Positions 1-8,272 of a DNA stretch of 64,000 bases are shown piece after piece. The stretch lies in IMG/VR virus record IMGVR_UViG_3300034374_012765; one strand, 5' to 3'. Both the position numbers and the translations under genes were made by a program. The notes below the pieces were generated by a model. The model did not search any database and was not told the origin of the DNA. It saw only the letters and a list, made by a program, of their open reading frames with translations. The stretch is from an uncultured virus (IMG/VR IMGVR_UViG_3300034374_012765) (taxonomy: Duplodnaviria; Heunggongvirae; Uroviricota; Caudoviricetes). Every line of letters starts with the position of its first letter. Position 1 is the stretch's first letter.

Positions 1-49
1 CATCACGACCTTGCTGATAAAACCATTTCGCTATTTTTATATAGTTCAT
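1..49 (-). CDS. 5' end of a gene running off the window (MNYIKIAKWFYQQGRD...)
   Basis: ATG at 47-49 on the minus strand, open to the window edge; manual translation. Confidence 0.35.
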   Translation of the reverse strand, partial: MNYIKIAKWFYQQGRD

Positions 50-144
50 CTCTCTTTGGTGTTATATCTAAACACGAGTAATCTATTCTTTAATGTATTA
101 CAATACTAAAGAATAAAGGCGTTATAAAAAAATAAAAACGGTAT

Positions 145-309
145 TTAAATAAATAGGATTACATCGCCATACTCTGGCCATTCATCCTCTGTGTCATCCT
201 GTAGAATAGGACTTATCCTTTCCTCCAGACTTTTGATGTTATCCGAAGAAGTATTTTCTGCATTCTTATTTGCTTTTTCTTCGGGATCTGGGGTAAGGTA
301 TTGGGTCAT
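145..309 (-). CDS. small acidic hypothetical protein (54 aa)
   Basis: Manual translation MTQYLTPDPEEK...DVILFI; same strand as neighbours. Confidence 0.4.
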   Translation of the reverse strand: MTQYLTPDPEEKANKNAENTSSDNIKSLEERISPILQDDTEDEWPEYGDVILFI

Positions 310-386
310 TTGATGATGGATATTTTAATATATCTATCTCAAAAAAAGTACCGTTTTGGCATAATATGAAGACATTTTCGAAAAAA

Positions 387-1025
387 TTATTTTATCCAGT
401 TGCTGTAGTCCATAGTCTGGTTTTGTATATCACTATACCCAGCTCTTTGAACCGCTACTGCAGGATAAAAGCAATAGAAGTTGTGTGATTTTTGTAAATC
501 CGTATATGCAACATCCAGTGGGGAATCAACCTTCCTTATCTTATCTAAAACACCCGGTATAAAAGATCCACTGAACCCCACGCAGTGGGTCGAGAAGGTA
601 TGGCTGATCTTTAGCAGTCTTTCGTTATGATTTTTTGGCATTGGAATACCTTTATGGGTATTATGATTCCCGCCAAAATATAAAGAATCCCAATTTTCCG
701 GTATGTAATCTAGATTTGACATATCGGATATCCCCGGAGTAAATTCAACATCATCCTCCATTATTAGTACCCTGTCAACCTTGTCCCTAATGCACTCTTC
801 CATTATTTGTATGTTGGTCATCACAAGACCCGCAGCTGCTCTGGGAAATTTTTTATTTATCCCCCCAGCATTGGTGAGGACATCTCCGTCTACTGCACTA
901 TATCTTTTTACGCCGGATAGCCCGAATTTTTCAGATTCCTCCAGAAATGATTCCCACCTGTCCGGCCTCCTGTCCAAGTTGATACAGTATATTCTATCGA
1001 ATATTAGATTCAGTATATTTTTCAT
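387..1025 (-). CDS. glycosyltransferase family 25
   Basis: YCINLDRRPDRW, SAVDG, LIMEDDV and YFGG motifs typical of GT25. Confidence 0.85.
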   Translation of the reverse strand: MKNILNLIFDRIYCINLDRRPDRWESFLEESEKFGLSGVKRYSAVDGDVLTNAGGINKKFPRAAAGLVMTNIQIMEECIRDKVDRVLIMEDDVEFTPGISDMSNLDYIPENWDSLYFGGNHNTHKGIPMPKNHNERLLKISHTFSTHCVGFSGSFIPGVLDKIRKVDSPLDVAYTDLQKSHNFYCFYPAVAVQRAGYSDIQNQTMDYSNWIK

Positions 1026-1250
1026 ATCCTCTTAATTCTCTTAGAGATGTTAGAACACTATGTTTCAGTAAAATTATTAACCCAAAAAATGCCCGCGGAA
1101 GAAGGGATTCCTGAATATATACAATGTCTCCAGACTGAAAAGTCAGTCCACAAATCAAAAAAATTACCAATTACAAAACGAAGTCCATGATTTACATGAT
1201 GGACTAGAAATCAGTGATCATAAAAGATCGAAAAAATTATATCAACCAAA

Positions 1251-1697
1251 ATGACAAGTTTATATCGTAGTACATCCATTATTTTTTTGCTATCAATTCT
1301 ACACATAATCTCATATTCACAGACTTGCCAACAGCACATACTTTCAACAGTTCCAGCCACTGAATGGACCACTTGGCAATACGTTAGTTGTGAAACATCC
1401 GATACAGTCACCCAAAGTCTACCCTGCTGTGGATGGACATTACCTGTATGCGCCGTAATTGGAACTGTCGAGCTCATTGATGGGGACGGATTTAGTGCTC
1501 CACTAATTAATGAGGTTGGTGGTCCATGGGAATCCTGTAGTCAATATAACGAAAATGAAACTGACACCTGTCAGTGGGATCTGGATCAGGATGGAAGGAT
1601 AGCTGTTTCAGATCTGCTTATAATGCTAGCCAACGATAGCTATGGTGAGGGTGATTTGGAGGGTCTCCTAAATAACTTCTCAAATCAATGCGAATAA
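1251..1697 (+). CDS. secreted Cys-rich protein with C-terminal dockerin/EF-hand-like loop
   Basis: Signal-peptide-like N-terminus; DLDQDGRIAVSDLLIML motif. Confidence 0.6.
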   Translation: MTSLYRSTSIIFLLSILHIISYSQTCQQHILSTVPATEWTTWQYVSCETSDTVTQSLPCCGWTLPVCAVIGTVELIDGDGFSAPLINEVGGPWESCSQYNENETDTCQWDLDQDGRIAVSDLLIMLANDSYGEGDLEGLLNNFSNQCE

Positions 1698-4600
1698 TCA
1701 GTCTTTTATCACTTCTGTTATTATTTCCTATTCACAGTTCTTTCTCGCAATGTGACGTTTTTATCGAACCAGGATCAGTCAATGTTATAGACAATGGCTC
1801 TGGTGTAATGTTTGAGTTTGATGTTACAAACTCATCCTCTGGTGATTGGTACGGGGACGTCTTAAAAATGTACTGGTCTCTCAATTCGGGTGCCCCTATA
1901 TGGAATATCGATTATAGTACTAACACAAATCAACCGCCAATAGCCCCAGGAGAAACTCGTACTTTAGAAACCCCCTGGTTCGATATTCCTAATCTCCCTT
2001 CTTGGTTTCCTGAAGACCCAGGACCAGGAGGTACTTTGGATGACAACTGGGTAGAAGCTTACGAATGGCCCTATTGGTCAGTAACCCCAGATGGGTTTGA
2101 TGGTACTTGGTCACAAGTTAACCTCAGACTAGGAAGTTGCGGATTAGCTGATGGTGCTTGGGTATACAACTCAGACGGTACACAATACTATGGTCCATTT
2201 AATTCTGATTGTCCTGATCTAAATGGAGACGCCTTTTGTGATTGTGATTTAGATTTTATAGGATTCGACCCAGTCACTCTGGATGTAAGTGTCGAGGTTA
2301 TAAGCGACTGGAACTGTGGCACTACATTGAACGCTGGGATGAGTTCCGAAATGAGCTCCATTAATCACATACACTTCGGAATCCATGTCCCAGGATGGGA
2401 TTATCCATGGGGATGCACAACCGGGATTAATCACCCGGGATGGTCATTTGCAGGATGGAGTAGCTTAGGAATAGAATCCTCTGAATTACATGCTGGTGAC
2501 ATCTTTAATGCTAACCTTCTAGATATTGGCGGAAGTGGTGATTGCTTTCAAGAGATTCTATCCAGTGATACCTTGACCGCTTGTCCTGAAATTGTTATAT
2601 GGCAAATAAATTATTCTAAAACCTTAAACGTATCGGATGGCGGATGGGCGGTAAACCCAAGCATCGGAAATAGTACACAGGAATATCCCGACATTTCCAT
2701 AGGTCTAAACTCCCTATCTGCTTGCGATACACCTCCCCCATTGTATCCAGGTTGCATGGATCCTGAAGCAACTAACTACGATCCTACTGCAGGTTATGAC
2801 GATAATACATGCGCATACGGTCCTGTTCTAGGATGTACAGATCCTGTGGCTTGCAATTACAATAGCTCAGCCAATTCAAACGATGGAAGTTGCGATTATT
2901 CTTGCATTGGATGTACGGATGAAAGCGCAAGTAATTATAATCCTGAAGCAGTATATGATAATAATTCTTGCGAATATCTCTTCCCAGACGCAGATCCCTC
3001 GGTAAACTTTAACCAAGTAATATGCAACGGGGAAGATCCGGAAAACTCATATAATATCTTTGTTTATAACTACGGTGAAGATACACTCTTCTATTATTGC
3101 ATAGAAATCCCAGAATTGGAATTTGATGAATGTTATAACGGATATGAAATGGGAAATCTATGGATTGAACCAGGGGCAGGACAATTCATGGGAACTTTTA
3201 ATGTCCCAAGCAACCTATCCCAATTCACCGTTATAGTTTATGATGCAGATGGAGAACCAGTTGGCGACGGTGGGAATAACGTACAGGTGATTAATATAAG
3301 TCCAATATTAGTCAATCCTTGTCTACCCCTGATTGATCTAGGAATAGACACACTAACTTCACAACTTGGGGGTTGTAACGGCCAGCCTATTTATTGGATA
3401 CCCCAAGTCAACGTAATTAACTACGGGGAAGAAGACATAACCGAGTTCTGCACAACCTTCGATATCCTGAATGACGGAATCCCAATGGATACTATTTGTC
3501 TCGATGGATTATCTTTATCCCCAGGAGATACGCTGGTCGTCGAATTCCCACAAAACAATTATGGAGCTGATCTTCCTGTAACAGTAACCACAAATATCAT
3601 ACATATAAATGGTGAAAATCCACCAAGTACAGCCGGCTATGATCAAGTTTACGATAACAACTATAGTGTAAATAACTTCCAGATGTGGTGTTACGATTGT
3701 ACAGATCCAGAGGCAAACAACTATAACGAATATGCTACTGATGATGACGGATCTTGCACTTACGATTTATTAGAACTGATCTATGTTGACCTCTACCCTA
3801 TTAATGGATGTGACCTCACGGAAGGCGGATATTACATACCGGAAATTCTATTTGAAAATACAGGAAACGTAGAAATAACCGAGTTTTGCTCTACCTACGA
3901 CATTTACGGATCAACATACGAGGAGGAATTTTGTTGGACAGGAACCTTAAATCCGGGGGATCTTATTTACATACAGTTCCCTCCTGTTTTTGAGGATGGA
4001 TTAGGTGCTGCCTATATACAGGTAAATGGAATAAATGGACAGATAAGCTTCACTGAGACAATCACTGGGGTTAACTATGCATCATATTCGGATGACGAGT
4101 GCATATATGGATGTACGATAGTTGAGGCATGCAATTACGATCCTTTAGCCACAGTAAATGACGGTAGTTGTGATTTTGAAACCTGTGTAGGATGTACCGA
4201 CCCTCTAGCTACTAACTACAACCCAGATGCTTGGTTTGACGACGGATCTTGTGAATATGACATACTTGGTTGCACGGATCCGGCTGCATTAAATTATGAT
4301 CCTCTGGCTACTTTGGACGACGGAAGCTGCCAATACGTAATTTATCTAGGAGGATGCACAGACCCAGAAGCTATTAACTACAATGTTGCTGCAACATATG
4401 ACGACGGAAGCTGCATATATGATCCATGTAGCGGAATACTAGGAGCAGTTTATTATGCACCCAATACATTCACTCCTAATAACGATGGTGTGAATGATGG
4501 ATGGACCATAGTTACTGATCCTCAATGCTGGTTAAAGTGGCACGTACAGATCTACAACCGTTGGGGACAACTTATTTGGGAATCTTTCACTCCAGGAGAG

Positions 4601-4732
4601 GTTTGGCCAGGGTCTCAATTCGACGGAGGATATTACGTAGCTGATGGAGTTTATTTCTATCAGGTTATTGGCATCGGATACAACCCAGCTAACACATTCA
4701 GAACCTCCGGGAATATAACAGTATTTAGATAA
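1688..4732 (+). CDS. large secreted protein with 8 GCTDPxAxNY repeats and a T9SS type-B (gliding-motility-associated, CHU_C-like) C-terminal domain
   Basis: Signal peptide; C-terminus PNTFTPNNDGVND...IYNRWGQLIWES...DGVYFY...GNITVFR. Confidence 0.85.
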   Translation: MRIISLLSLLLLFPIHSSFSQCDVFIEPGSVNVIDNGSGVMFEFDVTNSSSGDWYGDVLKMYWSLNSGAPIWNIDYSTNTNQPPIAPGETRTLETPWFDIPNLPSWFPEDPGPGGTLDDNWVEAYEWPYWSVTPDGFDGTWSQVNLRLGSCGLADGAWVYNSDGTQYYGPFNSDCPDLNGDAFCDCDLDFIGFDPVTLDVSVEVISDWNCGTTLNAGMSSEMSSINHIHFGIHVPGWDYPWGCTTGINHPGWSFAGWSSLGIESSELHAGDIFNANLLDIGGSGDCFQEILSSDTLTACPEIVIWQINYSKTLNVSDGGWAVNPSIGNSTQEYPDISIGLNSLSACDTPPPLYPGCMDPEATNYDPTAGYDDNTCAYGPVLGCTDPVACNYNSSANSNDGSCDYSCIGCTDESASNYNPEAVYDNNSCEYLFPDADPSVNFNQVICNGEDPENSYNIFVYNYGEDTLFYYCIEIPELEFDECYNGYEMGNLWIEPGAGQFMGTFNVPSNLSQFTVIVYDADGEPVGDGGNNVQVINISPILVNPCLPLIDLGIDTLTSQLGGCNGQPIYWIPQVNVINYGEEDITEFCTTFDILNDGIPMDTICLDGLSLSPGDTLVVEFPQNNYGADLPVTVTTNIIHINGENPPSTAGYDQVYDNNYSVNNFQMWCYDCTDPEANNYNEYATDDDGSCTYDLLELIYVDLYPINGCDLTEGGYYIPEILFENTGNVEITEFCSTYDIYGSTYEEEFCWTGTLNPGDLIYIQFPPVFEDGLGAAYIQVNGINGQISFTETITGVNYASYSDDECIYGCTIVEACNYDPLATVNDGSCDFETCVGCTDPLATNYNPDAWFDDGSCEYDILGCTDPAALNYDPLATLDDGSCQYVIYLGGCTDPEAINYNVAATYDDGSCIYDPCSGILGAVYYAPNTFTPNNDGVNDGWTIVTDPQCWLKWHVQIYNRWGQLIWESFTPGEVWPGSQFDGGYYVADGVYFYQVIGIGYNPANTFRTSGNITVFR
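2750..4420 (+). repeat. coding repeats, 8 copies of about 23 aa GCTDPxAxNYxxxAxxDDGSCxY
   Basis: Counted in the translation as blocks of 3, 1 and 4 copies; ends approximate. Confidence 0.85.
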
Positions 4733-4736
4733 TCCA

Positions 4737-4770
4737 CAAAGAACCCCGGATAAAAATCCAGGGTTCTTTG
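4737..4770. terminator. bidirectional intrinsic terminator between convergent genes
   Basis: caaagaaccc-c-ggat aaaa atcc-a-gggttctttg inverted repeat. Confidence 0.7.
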
Positions 4771-4794
4771 GTATAGACGAGGAACAGAGATTTC

Positions 4795-5400
4795 TCAATC
4801 CTCGAATAAGCTTTCAGTGTTCGTTTTTCTGTTAAAGTATTTCTCTGCATGCTCCCGATCTAATGCATTCACAAACTCATCGATTTCATCCGCTGACGAG
4901 AAAACAAAAACCCCTCCCTTGGAATCAATATACTGATTGGAGTATGAGTTGAGTTCTCCGGTGGAAACGATAAGTAGAGGAGCACCATCGATGTGCTTAA
5001 ATCTATAGGTCAATCTTACGCTGTAGTCGAAGTTCCAATCACCATATGTAAATGCACATTTGAGATTTCTTGGTTTAATTGACATCTCTTTTTCAAGATC
5101 CGTTACATTATTAGCAACAGAAATCGAATCCCATTCGGCATACTTACTCCTCGCTTGTTCCATGTTGCTAATTAAGGAAGCAAGATCATCAGGTTTTTCA
5201 ACCATTAAAACAACAGGTCTATTTTCACCAGCTAGAGAATACATGTCAATAAAGTATTCATAATCACCGTCGTCCTGGACTGCGGAGACCTCATATGAGG
5301 GATTTTCAAAATAGCTCATCATATACGAGCTAATAGCTTCTTGACCCGATGCTGAAGCTGAGAGGATCAGGGCAAAGATAAACGGCGCTACTTTTTCCAT
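4795..5400 (-). CDS. hypothetical exported protein
   Basis: 201-aa ORF with signal-peptide-like N-terminus. Confidence 0.65.
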   Translation of the reverse strand: MEKVAPFIFALILSASASGQEAISSYMMSYFENPSYEVSAVQDDGDYEYFIDMYSLAGENRPVVLMVEKPDDLASLISNMEQARSKYAEWDSISVANNVTDLEKEMSIKPRNLKCAFTYGDWNFDYSVRLTYRFKHIDGAPLLIVSTGELNSYSNQYIDSKGGVFVFSSADEIDEFVNALDREHAEKYFNRKTNTESLFED

Positions 5401-5518
5401 GTCGGAATTTTTTGGTTTTTAAAGATTTTCGGATTGGGGTGGATTCACGCTTGAATCCTTTTTGATGACTGTAAATCTAATCAATATCTACGGAATAAAA
5501 AAATTACTCCTTTTTTTG

Positions 5519-5604
5519 TACTCGAAGCGGGACTCGAACCCGCACGAACAATTCTGTTCAGCAGAGTTTAAGTCTGCCGTGTCTCCCAATTCCACCATTC
5601 GAGC
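5519..5604 (-). tRNA. trnL: tRNA-Leu(UAA)
   Basis: GCTCGAA/TTCGAGT acceptor; GCAGA-CT-TAA-AC-TCTGC anticodon arm; long variable arm; GGTTCGAGTCC. Confidence 0.92.
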
Positions 5605-5629
5605 ATATTTCACAACTCGGATTCAATCT

Positions 5630-5902
5630 TCATATTCGCCGTTCCGCATGGTTTTTTTTATTTAGGGTTAGGTATACACCAAATAAGGCGGAGATAAAGA
5701 TAAACAAAAATCCTGGGTCAATTGATATTGTACCGCAACAGTTGTAGCAAGGATGTTGTGTATCGTTACACCACCACGGTGGATTTACCTGATAGCAAGG
5801 CTGACAGTCGCTTTCTTCGGGCCCGCTAAGATAAGATCCGCTGCCATAGTCAGTGAGATATGGGTTGTTTGTAAAAGCTGGATCTTTTTTCGGATCATAC
5901 AT
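5630..5902 (-). CDS. small Cys-rich protein with C-terminal TM anchor (PID-CTERM-like)
   Basis: Ends SIDPGFLFIFISALFGVYLTLNKK (motif, TM helix, basic tail). Confidence 0.5.
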   Translation of the reverse strand: MYDPKKDPAFTNNPYLTDYGSGSYLSGPEESDCQPCYQVNPPWWCNDTQHPCYNCCGTISIDPGFLFIFISALFGVYLTLNKKNHAERRI

Positions 5903-5931
5903 GGTGATGCAGATTCATGATAAGGAATTCA

Positions 5932-6597
5932 TTATTTTTTCCTTAGTACCAATTTTTGATTTGGCCCGAGCTGATATTCACCTAAAAGTTCCCACGGGGA
6001 TTCTGGCTTTTTGCAGTAGTGGTATATCATGGATCCTTTGCCCAATATCTCCTGTCTTACCTCGTATTGTTCGGTGTCCCCGTCATTCCAGTCCCAGAAG
6101 ATAAAAGTGCCCCGCATAAAATTATCGTCTACCACGATATAGCTTCCGCTTTCCATTTTGCTCTCTATTGCTTGAAACTCCAAGAATCCGTGGAGCATAG
6201 CTGGCTCTGGGTCAAATATATCAAGATCCCAAGAATCCAGGTGTACTATGGTTGGACTACCATCATATTTTTCTAGGAATTGAATTGAATCGGATGTAGA
6301 TGCTGTATACTCAAGATCAGGTAAGAATTTATTGAATATCTCAATGCTGGAATCACATACCTCTTTATCATTATCAACGGAACAAAAACTCCCGCCATCC
6401 AAATTAGCAAGGTGTGCAAATAGTAGACCAAAGCACCCATCACCCAGGTTTTGACTAGCACCAGTTTCGATTACCTCTATCCTATCGATTGTGTTAAGGT
6501 CTATCAATGATGCTACCTTCTCCGCCTGCTCTCTACGATCATCGCTAATCTCGGAAATCGAGGTATAAAAATCAAGGGATTTCCACCACCTTCTCAT
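5932..6597 (-). CDS. class I SAM-dependent methyltransferase-like protein
   Basis: VIETG, SVD, VHLDS and IVVDDN motifs. Confidence 0.65.
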   Translation of the reverse strand: MRRWWKSLDFYTSISEISDDRREQAEKVASLIDLNTIDRIEVIETGASQNLGDGCFGLLFAHLANLDGGSFCSVDNDKEVCDSSIEIFNKFLPDLEYTASTSDSIQFLEKYDGSPTIVHLDSWDLDIFDPEPAMLHGFLEFQAIESKMESGSYIVVDDNFMRGTFIFWDWNDGDTEQYEVRQEILGKGSMIYHYCKKPESPWELLGEYQLGPNQKLVLRKK

Positions 6598-6612
6598 CAG
6601 CTTATAAAATGT

Positions 6613-6876
6613 TTAATATTCATATTCGCCATACACATCACCATAGTCATCCGCCGGATCTGAATCCACATGCAAGGGTTCCTGAGGTCTATCCTTAAGA
6701 ATGGTTTTAGACTTCCTCTCTATCCATCCGTAGCTATCCCCCTTGAATTCCTTCCAATTGTCAAAATCCTCAAGTTCCTTTATGATCTCGTCGGGTATTA
6801 ATATAAACCCTTCGGGAGCTATACCTTGATACTTATAATAGCATGAGTATTTGATTTTATCTTCTATGTTGGACAA
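6613..6876 (-). CDS. hypothetical protein
   Basis: 87-aa ORF in the gene run. Confidence 0.55.
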   Translation of the reverse strand: MSNIEDKIKYSCYYKYQGIAPEGFILIPDEIIKELEDFDNWKEFKGDSYGWIERKSKTILKDRPQEPLHVDSDPADDYGDVYGEYEY

Positions 6877-6902
6877 TTTTAGTGACTTTTCTTTGTTACT
6901 TG

Positions 6903-6978
6903 AGTCGAAGGCAGGAATCGAACCTATCGCGTCACAACCAGTCTTAGCTGGTCTGCTCTACCACTGAGCTACTTCGAC
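6903..6978 (-). ncRNA. aberrant tRNA-like gene (irregular anticodon loop, bulged T-stem)
   Basis: GTCGAAG/CTTCGAC acceptor; canonical D arm; GACCAG-CTAAGA-CTGGTT anticodon arm; GC(GAT)AGG-TTCGATT-CCTGC. Confidence 0.65.
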
Positions 6979-7013
6979 TTAACTACCGTTTCCGGATTTC
7001 TTAGTTTACTTAT

Positions 7014-7340
7014 CTACTTATGTTTCGAAATAGCTTCTAATTTTCTATTGATAGATTCGATATCTTTAGAAATACCATCCGCCATTTTGTCTGTCCGAGA
7101 ATCTATATAGCCATAAAGCTTATTCAATTCATCGTGCACATTGTTGTTGAGGGTATCTGTATAGTCGATTTGGTCGGAATTCTGTTTATCCCTAGCCCTA
7201 TCTACTTCTTCGATATTCCTCGAAAGATCAATGATCTGCTTCTTGATTTTGTTTAAATGCATGTAATTCACGAACATACCCACGACCATCATAGCAACGA
7301 TGACCGCACATACACCCGCAAGAAAATAGAATGTTTCCAT
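7014..7340 (-). CDS. membrane-anchored coiled-coil hypothetical protein
   Basis: Start moved to METFYF (7340) because the longer ORF overlaps tRNA-Gly; N-terminal TM helix. Confidence 0.65.
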   Translation of the reverse strand: METFYFLAGVCAVIVAMMVVGMFVNYMHLNKIKKQIIDLSRNIEEVDRARDKQNSDQIDYTDTLNNNVHDELNKLYGYIDSRTDKMADGISKDIESINRKLEAISKHK

Positions 7341-7381
7341 AATTGTTAGTTTTATTTTTTTAGGATGGAAACGGTAGTTAG

Positions 7382-7454
7382 AGCGGGTGACCGGATTCGA
7401 ACCGGCTGCCCCCAGCTTGGAAGGCTGGTGCTCGACCACATGAGCTTCACCCGC
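7382..7454 (-). tRNA. trnG: tRNA-Gly(UCC)
   Basis: GCGGGTG/CACCCGC acceptor; CCAGC-CT-TCC-AA-GCTGG. Confidence 0.93.
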
Positions 7455-7459
7455 TTTTG

Positions 7460-7533
7460 CTCCCCCACCTGGGCTCGAACCAGGGACCTATTGATTAACA
7501 GTCAACCGCTCTAACCAGCTGAGCTATGGGGGA
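7460..7533 (-). tRNA. trnN: tRNA-Asn(GUU)
   Basis: TCCCCCA/TGGGGGA acceptor; GTTGA-CT-GTT-AA-TCAAT. Confidence 0.93.
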
Positions 7534-7577
7534 ATAGAAAGGTCCGGGCCCAAAAAGGGCCCTTTTGAAGACCTTAG

Positions 7578-7651
7578 TTGCGGGAGTGGGACTCGAACCC
7601 ACGGCCTCCAGGTTATGAGCCTGGCGAGCTACCAACTGCTACCATCCCGCT
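7578..7651 (-). tRNA. trnfM: tRNA-Met(CAU), initiator-like
   Basis: AGCGGGA/TCCCGCA acceptor with 1:72 mismatch; CCAGG-CT-CAT-AA-CCTGG. Confidence 0.85.
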
Positions 7652-7661
7652 ATTTGCTATG

Positions 7662-7735
7662 TGCTCCCTGTAGGGCTTGAACCTACGACCTACCGATTAT
7701 GAGTCGGGTGCTCTGACCAACTGAGCTAAGAGAGC
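7662..7735 (-). tRNA. tRNA with CAU anticodon (elongator Met or Ile2)
   Basis: GCTCTCT/AGGGAGC acceptor; CCCGA-CT-CAT-AA-TCGGT; Met versus Ile2 not resolvable by eye. Confidence 0.88.
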
Positions 7736-7768
7736 GGAAAAGATTTTTAAAGGAAAAATTTGTCTAGG

Positions 7769-7845
7769 TAGGCACGGCGGGGATTGAACCCACATGTAAC
7801 CATTTACTCTTTCTACAAGGTATAAGCTTGAGGAGATACGTGCCC
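7769..7845 (-). ncRNA. D-arm-less tRNA-like RNA with UAU anticodon
   Basis: GGGCACG/CGTGCCT acceptor; no D arm; CAAG-CTTATAC-CTTG; long extra arm; GTGGG-TTCAATC-CCCGC T arm. Confidence 0.7.
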
Positions 7846-7853
7846 ATATGATC

Positions 7854-7906
7854 AGGATGTTGGGTTGTAATTTGCATAACGAAAAGAAACTTGCTGCATA
7901 CATCCT
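7854..7906 (-). ncRNA. CAGCAA-motif stem-closed RNA candidate, copy C
   Basis: AGGATGT-ATG-CAGCAA...ACATCCT-G, lying between tRNA genes. Confidence 0.6.
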
Positions 7907-7913
7907 TGTGAAG

Positions 7914-7995
7914 TACCGAGGGTCGGACTCGAACCGACACACCGTAAGGCGCTAGATCCTAAGTCTAGTGCGTCTACCAATTTCGCCACCCCGGC
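7914..7995 (-). tRNA. trnL: tRNA-Leu(UAG)
   Basis: GCCGGGG/CCTCGGT acceptor; CTAGA-CT-TAG-GA-TCTAG; variable arm. Confidence 0.93.
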
Positions 7996-8070
7996 ATTTG
8001 CAGGATATCGCTTAACCTGCGGTGAGTGTTCCTTTCACCTTTTTCCCTTTCGGTACTACGATTTTTTTTG

Positions 8071-8155
8071 CGGAGAGGGAGGGATTCGAACCCCCGGTAC
8101 CTTGCGGTACATCAGTTTTCAAGACTGGCGCATTCGACCACTCTGCCACCTCTCC
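8071..8155 (-). tRNA. trnS: tRNA-Ser(UGA)
   Basis: GGAGAGG/CCTCTCC acceptor; CCAGT-CT-TGA-AA-ACTGA; long variable arm. Confidence 0.93.
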
Positions 8156-8167
8156 TAAATTTCCAAC

Positions 8168-8179
8168 ATGTCAAAGAAC
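8168..8179 (-). promoter_or_regulatory. boxA-like antitermination site in the tRNA operon leader
   Basis: GTTCTTTGACAT, 12 nt upstream of the first tRNA. Confidence 0.55.
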
Positions 8180-8197
8180 CTGATGTTTTGTTCATGG

Positions 8198-8225
8198 TTT
8201 ATACTTCTTAAGCATAAAGTGTTTC
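8198..8225 (-). promoter_or_regulatory. putative GAAAC-N17-TATAAA promoter of the tRNA operon
   Basis: Matches a motif repeated upstream of at least 8 transcription units. Confidence 0.55.
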
Positions 8226-8272
8226 TCCTTTATGAAAAAAAATACCTGAGGAAAAACCAGGAATTAGATTTG

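Noticed and set aside
2750..4420. DGR template/variable repeats or a DNA tandem array
   Set aside because: The repeats are conserved at the protein level with divergent codons; no adenine-specific pattern was noticed and there is no reverse transcriptase in the window.
5462..5665. 67-aa plus-strand ORF
   Set aside because: It is antisense to tRNA-Leu(UAA).
6903..6978. Amber-suppressor tRNA and a recoded genome (CTA appears in the loop)
   Set aside because: CTA is not at positions 34-36 of a 7-nt loop, and conserved genes are full-length in code 11, with TAG, TGA and TAA all used as stops.
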